DNA of 64,000 bases from an uncultured candidate division Zixibacteria bacterium (GTDB taxonomy: Bacteria; Zixibacteria; MSB-5A5; UBA10806; 4484-95): NCBI GenBank assembly GCA_963668625.2, contig CAXXKA010000008.1:608001-672000 (forward strand), written 5' to 3'. Shown one piece after another: positions 40,335 through 48,712 of the stretch. The notes beneath the pieces were generated by a model that saw nothing but the letters and a program-made list of their open reading frames with translations, did not search any database and was not told the DNA's origin. Numbering within the stretch: the stretch's first letter is position 1; every line of letters begins with the position of its first letter. Made by a program: the position numbers and the translations under genes.

Positions 40335-41798
40335 TTGAAATTCACGCGCAAACATACTCTTCACGATAGAATTGGCGGTCGACGACTTCTGGTTGTTTCC
40401 AATCGATTGCCTGCGGCTGTCGACAAAACCGATGACGGTTGGAAAATAAGGCCGGCCACCGGTGGTCTGGTTACCGCACTGGCGCCGATCATGAAGCAAA
40501 ATCACGGCCTATGGATTGGCTGGCCCGGCAGCGCCACCGGTATCCCCTACGAACAGCTATTGGATGAATTCAGCGAAAGTTATGATTACGCTTTGAAACC
40601 CGTGCTACTTACGGAGGATGAGCTGGAGAAATACTATTACGGTTTCTCGAATGAGACGATCTGGCCGCTTTTTCATGACCTCCTGGGGTATTGCAAATTC
40701 GATATCGAGAACTGGTTGGCATATAAGAAAGTGAATCAAAAATTCGCAGCGGTTGTCGCCGAATCTATTCAACCGGATGATTTCATCTGGATACACGATT
40801 ATCATCTAACGTTGGTAGCCCATTATCTCAGGGAACATAATCCCGGCCTGAACCTCACTTTCTTCAATCATATACCGTTCCCCTCTTACGATTTATTCCG
40901 TCGTCTGCCCTGGCGAGAGGAGATGATAAAGGGAATGATCGCTTATGACCTGATCGGTTTCCAGACCCTTCGTGACAGGCGTAATTTCGTGCAATGTGTC
41001 AAGAGCATTCTTCCCCGCGCGAACGTGAAAATAAAAAGGCGTTACTCTCTGATTTATCTGGATAACCGGGTTATTAAGGTAGGAAATTTCCCCATTAGCA
41101 TCGATTTCGATGAGTTTAACGAACTGGCTAAAACCAGAGAGGTTTCCGATGAAGCCTGGATATTTCACGAAAAATTCGGCCGCCGCAGCATAATACTTGG
41201 TGTCGACCGTCTGGACTATACCAAAGGTATTCCCGAACGGCTGCTGGCATTCGAGCGAGCGTTGGAAAAATATCCAGACCTTCACGAAAACTTGAGTCTA
41301 TTCCAACTTCTGATACCCAGCCGCACGCCCGTTCCCGAATACAAGAACTTGAAAGAGCAACTCGATACGCTTGTCGGTCGAATCAATGGCCGGTTCTCCA
41401 CGCCGGGCTGGATACCTATCCATTACATGTTCAGGACACTGGATAGAATCAAGCTCTCCAGCACGTATAAAGCCTGCGAGATTGCCCTGATCACACCTTT
41501 AAGGGATGGTATGAACCTGGTTGCTAAAGAGTATTGTGCCAGTTCCATAGATAACGAGGGTGTACTGGTGCTAAGCGAATTTGCCGGCGCGGCGGAACAG
41601 TTGGAGGATAACGCCCTAATCGTTAATCCGTACAACATCGATGAGACGGCTGATACCATTTATCGCGCATTCACCATGCCTGCCGAACAAAGGCGGGCGC
41701 GTATGGCGAAACTGCGAGCCGACATAAAACGCACTGATGTTCATACCTGGGTGAAATGGTTTATCGAATCATACCAGGACGGACGAATAGGTAATTAA
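40335..41798 (+). CDS. otsA: Trehalose-6-phosphate synthase
   Basis: 'VSNRLP', 'GGLVTAL', 'WIHDYHL', 'HIPFP', 'DRLDYTKG', '[10 protein letters not shown]'. Confidence 0.95.
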   Translation: MKFTRKHTLHDRIGGRRLLVVSNRLPAAVDKTDDGWKIRPATGGLVTALAPIMKQNHGLWIGWPGSATGIPYEQLLDEFSESYDYALKPVLLTEDELEKYYYGFSNETIWPLFHDLLGYCKFDIENWLAYKKVNQKFAAVVAESIQPDDFIWIHDYHLTLVAHYLREHNPGLNLTFFNHIPFPSYDLFRRLPWREEMIKGMIAYDLIGFQTLRDRRNFVQCVKSILPRANVKIKRRYSLIYLDNRVIKVGNFPISIDFDEFNELAKTREVSDEAWIFHEKFGRRSIILGVDRLDYTKGIPERLLAFERALEKYPDLHENLSLFQLLIPSRTPVPEYKNLKEQLDTLVGRINGRFSTPGWIPIHYMFRTLDRIKLSSTYKACEIALITPLRDGMNLVAKEYCASSIDNEGVLVLSEFAGAAEQLEDNALIVNPYNIDETADTIYRAFTMPAEQRRARMAKLRADIKRTDVHTWVKWFIESYQDGRIGN

Positions 41799-41835
41799 AT
41801 AACCTCCACCTTAAAAATGAATCGAGATTAATACT

Positions 41836-42585
41836 TTGAGTAAAAGTTCACCCGGCAAATTGATCATAGGCCTGTTATTCTGCTTGATAGTATCGTTGGT
41901 CGGTAATATTCATCTTTTTTATCGCGCTTTCGATTACCGCGAGGGCGCCAACGAGTGGCTCGATAAATACACCGACGTTGTCGAGGAATATTCGAGTTTA
42001 AGCGCATATCATGAGGCAAATAAACCATTGCAATCCGATATCGTGGTTGATAATCGAATCGTGTTCTACGGTACGCAGGTTATAGAACGCTGGGATGTTG
42101 GCAAGTATTTCCCCGACTACGAGGTGATTAACCGAGGCGTGAATGGCCAGTGGGTTTCTGGCTTGCTGTTGCGTTTCGGTCAGGATGTCGTTTCTTTGAA
42201 ACCGGAATATGTCGTTATCGAGGTAAGCTCGTATAATCTTCGGCCCCGGTTTTCGCTTGAGATGATTCAATCACATGTTAAATCGATGGCTGATATCTCG
42301 CGGAGTAACGGAATACAACCCATCCTTACAACTATGATTCCTCAACGTTCCGGTTATGATGATTTTGGCGAGTACTCTGTCATGAAAACGCTCGATCGAT
42401 ATAATATCTGGATAGCCGATTTCTGCCGCGATGAAAATATCTCCTGCCTGGATATGAATGGCATTCTTTCAGATAAAGATGGCTACCTGAATAATGAATT
42501 ATCTTTCGATGCCGTCGACCCGAACGAGCGTGGTTATGAATTAATCTCGAAAGCATTAGGCCAAATGTTAATACGAAAAAAATAG
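41836..42585 (+). CDS. SGNH/GDSL-fold protein, membrane-anchored, catalytic residues degenerate
   Basis: 'IVFYGTQV', 'INRGVNGQ', 'RF.QDV', 'DAVDPN..GY'. Confidence 0.75.
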   Translation: MSKSSPGKLIIGLLFCLIVSLVGNIHLFYRAFDYREGANEWLDKYTDVVEEYSSLSAYHEANKPLQSDIVVDNRIVFYGTQVIERWDVGKYFPDYEVINRGVNGQWVSGLLLRFGQDVVSLKPEYVVIEVSSYNLRPRFSLEMIQSHVKSMADISRSNGIQPILTTMIPQRSGYDDFGEYSVMKTLDRYNIWIADFCRDENISCLDMNGILSDKDGYLNNELSFDAVDPNERGYELISKALGQMLIRKK

Positions 42586-43053
42586 GATATTTTTAAAGGC
42601 GACCGGAGTTATCCTCTAACGTACTGAATAATTTGATACATATCAACATTATCATTATCCGAAAGGAAAACGTATTAGAGCGATGATTCAAGATGAAACA
42701 TGATTGTTTTTAAAGTCGGCTTGAACGAGTACGATATTTTCAACAAAAGACGTTTGTTGAAATAAGCGTAATCTTTTAATTATCAAAAACTTATGTTAGT
42801 GCTTTTCTATGCAGTGGAATCTCTGGAAAAGTTATCACTGAATATCTGCAATTTACTTATTCCCAACTGTTTAAAATAGCAATTGCCTTGATGGAATTTG
42901 TGTATCTTTAATTGCCGTAACGAAATAATCTAAATATTTATCCGATATATCATAATACGAATATCTTTCATCGAGTGCGAGGGTATTCCGAATCTCTCGT
43001 GTTCAATGTCTATGACTGCAAACGTTATTATCAATATAAAGAAAGGGTCAGCA

Positions 43054-44748
43054 ATGAGGTTCAATATCGATAAGATACAACGAGAATGGCTGGCTACTGT
43101 AACCACTAAACTTCTCTTAGCTATAATCCTTCTGGTAGGCGCCATCTCTATATTTATTTATGTCTTCTTCCCCGACCAGCTCGAAAATCAATCATACAGA
43201 CTTCTGGGAGAAAAAGCCGAGGGAATTTCCGGTGTTACAGCCGCAGCGATATCGGGTTCGCTTCAAAATAATGATAAGCAGTACATCGATGATATCCTGG
43301 CGCAAACCGCAGGTCTCGAGGATTTGAAATATGCTGTCGTGCTAGATAAAGATATGCAGGTATTCACCTCGGTATATTTACCGGTCGCGGAAAAATACAA
43401 TTACTACGTTCAGCAATCATACAAATCAATTTCCAGTGATGATGAAATATTCACGGTAAAACGTAATATCGTTTACGACCGGGAGAAGATCGGCACGTTG
43501 TATATGGGATTTTCTCTGGAGGACGCTAACGCGAGCATCTCCCAGAGTTATAAGAACGCTACCGGTATCGCGATGCTTTTTATTGTGCTGGGAATAATCG
43601 CGGCCCTTATAACAAAGGCGAGAATTGTCACGCCGATTAAGGTATTGAATAAAGCTATACAGGATTTCGCGGCCGGAAATCTCTCTCGACGTACAGATAT
43701 GCGCAGTATGGATGAGATAGGCGAACTGTCTCGTTCCATAAACGCGATGGTCAATAATTGGGAAAGTACCCAGCAGGAGTGGGGTATCCTTAACAAAGGA
43801 CTGGAACAGCGCGTCTCCGACAGAACCCGCGAGTTGGAGGAGGAGATAACCGAGCGTACGAGAGCCGAGGAGGAACTGCGTTTCTATATGACCAAGCTGG
43901 AAAACTCTAACCGTGAATTACAAGATTTCGCTTTCGTTGCCTCGCACGATTTGCAGGAACCATTGCGTAAGGTTCAGGCATTCGGCGATCGCCTGAAGGC
44001 TGCCTGCGGCGATGAGCTTTCTGAAAAAGCCGCCACCTATCTAGACAGGATGCAGTCTGCCGCCGGCAGGATGCAGGTTCTGATAAAAGACCTGCTGACT
44101 TTCTCGAGAGTCACCTCGAAGGCCCGCCCGTTCGAGCCGGTCGAGATGAATACGATCGCGAATGAGGTATTGTCCGATCTCGAGGTAAGTATCGAACGTC
44201 TGAAAGGCAAAGTCGAAATAGGCGAGATACCCAATATTCAAGCCGACCCCATGCAGATGCGCCAGTTATTCCAGAACCTCATAGGCAACGCCCTGAAATT
44301 CCACAAGGAGGGCGAATCACCGGTAGTGAAAGTGTACGCCGAACTGCTGAAAGGCAGAAGGCTCGGCGAACGCGATGGCAGGGAATTTTGCCAATTGGTG
44401 TTCGAGGATAACGGTATCGGTTTCGATGAGAAATACACCGAAAAGATTTTCGCGGTGTTCCAACGCCTTCACGGAAGATCGGAATATGAGGGTACCGGCC
44501 TGGGTCTGGCTGTTTGCCGTAAGATAGTGGAACGTCACGGTGGCTCGATCATCGCCAAAAGCGAGCCCGGCAATGGCGCTAAATTCTTCATTACGATGCC
44601 GGTAACTCAGGATGAGCCGCAGGTTCAGGAAAAGCAACCGGTATGCGATTCTCCCGAGAATGATGATAATAATCAGGCGGGTGTTGATGATAAAAAGATT
44701 ACCATAAACCAGGGCATGGAGACGAGCTTCATGGTACCGTGTCCATAG
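43054..44748 (+). CDS. Membrane sensor histidine kinase with HAMP domain (Cph1-like kinase core)
   Basis: Two TMs; 'DEIGEL'; 'ASHDLQEPLRK'; 'NLIGNALKF', 'DNGIG', 'GTGLGL'. Confidence 0.93.
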   Translation: MRFNIDKIQREWLATVTTKLLLAIILLVGAISIFIYVFFPDQLENQSYRLLGEKAEGISGVTAAAISGSLQNNDKQYIDDILAQTAGLEDLKYAVVLDKDMQVFTSVYLPVAEKYNYYVQQSYKSISSDDEIFTVKRNIVYDREKIGTLYMGFSLEDANASISQSYKNATGIAMLFIVLGIIAALITKARIVTPIKVLNKAIQDFAAGNLSRRTDMRSMDEIGELSRSINAMVNNWESTQQEWGILNKGLEQRVSDRTRELEEEITERTRAEEELRFYMTKLENSNRELQDFAFVASHDLQEPLRKVQAFGDRLKAACGDELSEKAATYLDRMQSAAGRMQVLIKDLLTFSRVTSKARPFEPVEMNTIANEVLSDLEVSIERLKGKVEIGEIPNIQADPMQMRQLFQNLIGNALKFHKEGESPVVKVYAELLKGRRLGERDGREFCQLVFEDNGIGFDEKYTEKIFAVFQRLHGRSEYEGTGLGLAVCRKIVERHGGSIIAKSEPGNGAKFFITMPVTQDEPQVQEKQPVCDSPENDDNNQAGVDDKKITINQGMETSFMVPCP

Positions 44749-44769
44749 GGTGATATGAAGGAGCATACG

Positions 44770-45267
44770 ATGAACGAAAACGGCAAACCGATTACGATTT
44801 TGCTGGCAGAGGACGATCCCGATGATCGTTTGATGGCGACCGAGGCTCTCGAGGAGAGCCGCCTTGCCAATGACCTGAAAATAGTCGAGGATGGCGAGCA
44901 GTTGATGGATTATCTTTATCAGCGAGGTAAATTCGCAAACCTCGAGGACTGGAATATGCCCGGCCTTATACTTCTTGATTTGAACATGCCTAAGAAAGAT
45001 GGTCGGGAGGCGCTCGAAGAGATTAAAGCAGATCAAAGATTACGACGCATTCCGATCGTGGTTTTGACCACCTCCGGCGAGGAGGAGGATATCTTTCGCT
45101 CTTACGATCTGGGGGTAAACTCGTTTATTACCAAGCCCGTGTCATTCGAGGGATTAGTCGAGATAATGAAAACCCTACGAATTTACTGGTTCGAAATCGT
45201 TGAACTACCCGGCAATAGAAGCGGAGAGGCGAATGGAAAACAGCATCATAAAAGTGCTGTTAGTTGA
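44770..45267 (+). CDS. Single-domain response regulator (Rcp1-like)
   Basis: 'AEDD', 'LLDLNMPKKDG', 'LTTS', 'NSFITKP'. Confidence 0.93.
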   Translation: MNENGKPITILLAEDDPDDRLMATEALEESRLANDLKIVEDGEQLMDYLYQRGKFANLEDWNMPGLILLDLNMPKKDGREALEEIKADQRLRRIPIVVLTTSGEEEDIFRSYDLGVNSFITKPVSFEGLVEIMKTLRIYWFEIVELPGNRSGEANGKQHHKSAVS

Positions 45268-47626
45268 TGACGATGAAGACGATTACCTTATAACCAGCGA
45301 CCTTATCGAGGAGATCGAGCGAACCAAATTCAAGATGGAATGGTGCGCCAGTTTCTTCGGGGCGCTGGAGATAATTAATCAGCATCGCCATGACGTTTAC
45401 CTTATAGATTACAGGCTTGGTCCGCACAGCGGACTGGAGCTAATCACCAAGGCCATAAACGAGGGCTGCAATGCGCCCATGATACTCCTTACCGGACAGG
45501 GTGATTCCGAGGTCGATATCATGGCCATGGAGGCGGGCTCTACCGATTACCTGGTAAAAGGTCAACTCGATTCGGCGATATTGGAAAGAACCATTCGCTA
45601 CGCGCTCCAGCGTAAACGCTCGGAGGATTTACAGTCTGCTTTATTTAAAATATCCGAGGCAACCAATCTTTCGCACAACCTGGAGGATTTACTCGCGACC
45701 ATCCACAAAGTACTGGGTACGTTAATCGATTCGACCAATTTCTGTGTGGCCTTGTACGATAAATCCTCGAAAGAATACTCGTTCCCGTATATGGCCGATA
45801 AATGCGCTATAGAGGAAAACGCCAACTCGATCCTCAAGAAGAGTCTCATTAATCATATTCGAAGGTGCGGTAAACCGACTTTACTCGAACGCAATTCGTT
45901 GAACGAAATCATCGCGGATAAAGGCGTGCAGCCGGGTGATGATACGCCGCTCATAAGTATCGGCGTCCCTCTTCACACCGCGCAGGGGATAAACGGCGTG
46001 GTAATGCTTCACAGTTACACCAACGAAAACCTGTATACGAAAAAAGATCTGGATTTGCTGGCTTTCGTTTCCGGGCACATCGCTATGGCGATAGAACGCA
46101 AAAAATCCGAAGCCGAGATCAAGGATCTGGCTAAGTTTCCCAGCGAGAACCCCAACCCGGTACTGAGAATTTCCAGCGAGGGAATAATACTATACGCCAA
46201 TAAAGCAAGTCTGCCGTTATTGGACGAGTGGCAAGCAGATATTGGCGACGCCATACCGGAAAAACTTCACGAGTGCCTCCTGGCGATTCTTAAAGAAGAA
46301 AATACCTGCGAGAAAGAGATATCGTTCGGTGAAAAATCATATGCTTTTACGTTTTCCCCGGCGATAGAGCAAAACTATATCAATATCTACGCCCAGGATA
46401 TCAGCGCCCGCAAGCAGGCCGAGAAACAACGCAAGAAACTACAGGAGCAGCTTACCCGGGCGGAGAGAATGGAGTCGCTGGGTGTACTGGCAGGCGGCGT
46501 AGCTCACGACTTGAACAACATCCTGGGGCCGCTGGTAGCTTATCCCGAGATAATAAAGATGAAACTCCCGCCGGAAAGCCCTATTCGGGATGAGATTTCC
46601 AAAATCGAGAAATCGGCGCAGCGGGCGGCGGATGTCGTGCAGGATTTGCTTACTATGGCTCGCAGGGGACGATATGATATGGCGCCGCTCAGTTTCAATG
46701 ATGTCGTAAATTCGTATTTACAGTCCACCGATTACAATAATCTTGAAAGCAAGTACGCCAGCACCAATCTTATCTGCAAACTGGATGAAAACATACCTCG
46801 TATAAACGGCTCAGCGCCGCATCTGTATAAAGTAATAATGAATTTGGTAATGAACGCCTGTGAGGCTATGCCGGATGGCGGCGAATTAATAGTAAAAACC
46901 GAATGTCACAACCTTGACCGCCTCAGCAGCGGTTTCAACAATATTAAAATCGGTGATTATGTCATCCTCACGATCAGCGATACCGGACACGGTATAACCA
47001 AAAAAGATCAGAGACATCTATTCGAGCCATTCTACACCAAGAAGAAAATGGGATCGAGCGGCAGCGGACTCGGATTGGCTATCGTTTATGGAGTGACCAA
47101 AGATCACAACGGTTACATCGATGTTATCAGTGAGATCGGACAGGGCACGGATTTTATCCTGTATTTCCCTGCCATCACAAATGATAATTTCTGCGAGAAA
47201 GAAAATCAAACCGTAACTGATATACATGGTTCAGAGAAAGTTCTGGTAGTGGATGATCTCGAGGATCAGCGCGAACTCGCTTCTCTTGTATTAACCAATC
47301 TAGGTTATGATGTTCACGCTGCAGCCAATGGCCATGAGGCAATCGAATATCTTCGTCAGCATGATGCCGATATCATTATACTCGATATGATAATGGAGGA
47401 TAATTTTGACGGTCTCGATACGTATCGTGAGATCATAAAAATCAAACCCGGCCACAAAGCGATAATTGCCAGCGGCTTCTCAGCAACCGACAGGGTCAAA
47501 GAAGCCGAACGGCTCGGCGTGGGTAAATATATTCGTAAACCTTATACGATGCAAACTCTGGGTATTGCCATTCGCGAAGTTCTTGATACTCCCAAAACAA
47601 GGCGACAGGAAACAGTGCACGCCTAG
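45233..47626 (+). CDS. Hybrid histidine kinase REC-GAF-PAS-HisKA-HATPase-REC
   Basis: N-terminal 'LLVDDD...IDY'; 'ENPNPV'; 'AHDLNNIL'; 'GSGLGL'; C-terminal 'VVDD...LDM...KP'. Confidence 0.93.
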   Translation: MENSIIKVLLVDDDEDDYLITSDLIEEIERTKFKMEWCASFFGALEIINQHRHDVYLIDYRLGPHSGLELITKAINEGCNAPMILLTGQGDSEVDIMAMEAGSTDYLVKGQLDSAILERTIRYALQRKRSEDLQSALFKISEATNLSHNLEDLLATIHKVLGTLIDSTNFCVALYDKSSKEYSFPYMADKCAIEENANSILKKSLINHIRRCGKPTLLERNSLNEIIADKGVQPGDDTPLISIGVPLHTAQGINGVVMLHSYTNENLYTKKDLDLLAFVSGHIAMAIERKKSEAEIKDLAKFPSENPNPVLRISSEGIILYANKASLPLLDEWQADIGDAIPEKLHECLLAILKEENTCEKEISFGEKSYAFTFSPAIEQNYINIYAQDISARKQAEKQRKKLQEQLTRAERMESLGVLAGGVAHDLNNILGPLVAYPEIIKMKLPPESPIRDEISKIEKSAQRAADVVQDLLTMARRGRYDMAPLSFNDVVNSYLQSTDYNNLESKYASTNLICKLDENIPRINGSAPHLYKVIMNLVMNACEAMPDGGELIVKTECHNLDRLSSGFNNIKIGDYVILTISDTGHGITKKDQRHLFEPFYTKKKMGSSGSGLGLAIVYGVTKDHNGYIDVISEIGQGTDFILYFPAITNDNFCEKENQTVTDIHGSEKVLVVDDLEDQRELASLVLTNLGYDVHAAANGHEAIEYLRQHDADIIILDMIMEDNFDGLDTYREIIKIKPGHKAIIASGFSATDRVKEAERLGVGKYIRKPYTMQTLGIAIREVLDTPKTRRQETVHA

Positions 47627-47928
47627 GACTATCAGTTTTACGATACAATTTAATTTTCACATAATTTCACTAGTATCCGGCCTTTGGTTAAAGGCTCGCC
47701 TCAGGATGTCGTACCTTCCATCCTGAGACATCGCGCTGGGATTAGTCGTAGAGATATATAGGTTCCTTCTTACATCAGAAGGATATGTCAGGATGAAAGC
47801 GGAGCGCATAAACAGACTGATTCCTTCGTCCATTTCACTCTATCGTAACGGCACGAATAGGGATTTTTCCAACAACCCCCCGATTTGGGAACCAAACGTA
47901 TAAAAAAAACCTCAAAAATACTACATAA

Positions 47929-47960
47929 ACAAAAGGGAGTCTCGAAAAACTCCCTTTTGT
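47929..47960. terminator. Bidirectional terminator-like hairpin between convergent genes
   Basis: ACAAAAGGGAGT-N8-ACTCCCTTTTGT, a perfect 12-bp stem. Confidence 0.65.
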
Positions 47961-48048
47961 CATCAGTCTGACCCGGCATTTTCATGCCGGGTAATGCTGC
48001 ATTGGTGCGGAATTTTAGGCTCCCCTCCTGAATTTGCTCTCTTTTTGG

Positions 48049-48408
48049 CTAATTCTCCAGATGTGCTAAGTCAAAGTTGCTAATCATGTTGTTGATTTGT
48101 AAGTCTAACAACAAATCCAAGCAAGCTACTGTACCTTCAGCCTGATACGTTTTAACCCCATGTTTAAACACCAAAATTGAAGGAACATGAAAACGTATTT
48201 CGTTCTCATCAGCGAGCCACCTGTTTGAGTCGTAATCCAGCAGCATCAATTTCACACGACCACTCGATTTATTAATGAAATTCCGTAACGCCGGTTGAAC
48301 CATATAAAACGCCCCATTCCAACCGGTTCCCAGCGCGACACAGACAATCTCATCATTCGTGTTTATTCGCCGATCAAAGTCTTTTTTTGAAATAGTCTTG
48401 AAATCCAT
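48049..48408 (-). CDS. Thioredoxin-fold protein lacking CxxC
   Basis: 'VALGTGWNGAFYMVQP', 'VPSILVFKHG' cis-Pro motif; GAGGT RBS before ATG at 48408. Confidence 0.7.
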   Translation of the reverse strand: MDFKTISKKDFDRRINTNDEIVCVALGTGWNGAFYMVQPALRNFINKSSGRVKLMLLDYDSNRWLADENEIRFHVPSILVFKHGVKTYQAEGTVACLDLLLDLQINNMISNFDLAHLEN

Positions 48409-48447
48409 TAATTTTACCTCATAATTTTCTTTATTTTCTATAATTAA

Positions 48448-48464
48448 TTGCAATGATTATGCCA
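48448..48464 (-). promoter_or_regulatory. Sigma54 (-24/-12) promoter
   Basis: Minus strand TGGCATAATCATTGCAA: GG-N10-GC, close to the TGGCAC-N5-TTGC consensus. Confidence 0.8.
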
Positions 48465-48502
48465 CAAACGCAAAAATATATTCAAATACTCAATCTCTTA
48501 TT

Positions 48503-48515
48503 TATCAACACGTTA
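48503..48515. promoter_or_regulatory. IHF consensus site 1
   Basis: TATCAACACGTTA matches WATCAANNNNTTR, about 40 bp upstream of the -24 box. Confidence 0.6.
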
Positions 48516-48631
48516 CCATTAGCACACAGCATATGTCATATAATTACTGAATTATGTCTAATTCCCAATATTTTATAAATGATCATAGTGATCGGTGTGC
48601 GAAATCGCTCCGCATAACATAACCTATTTAT

Positions 48632-48644
48632 TATCAATATATTA
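48632..48644. promoter_or_regulatory. IHF consensus site 2
   Basis: TATCAATATATTA matches WATCAANNNNTTR. Confidence 0.5.
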
Positions 48645-48712
48645 CATGAATAAATTCGGATGATTTGATATAGATACTTAATTTTTAAGAAATCCCAAAA
48701 TAATAGGATAAA

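Noticed and set aside
44317-45036. 239-aa minus-strand ORF
   Set aside because: Antisense to the kinase and response regulator genes; no motifs.
47788-47985. 65-aa minus-strand ORF in the hairpin-rich spacer
   Set aside because: No RBS, crosses terminator-like stems, no recognisable motif.
48280-48340. Selenocysteine recoding as an explanation for the missing CxxC
   Set aside because: No in-frame TGA; the positions are ordinary sense codons (Asn, Phe).
48409-48453. TTG-started extension of the thioredoxin-like ORF
   Set aside because: Overlaps the sigma54 -12 box; the ATG at 48408 has a proper RBS.
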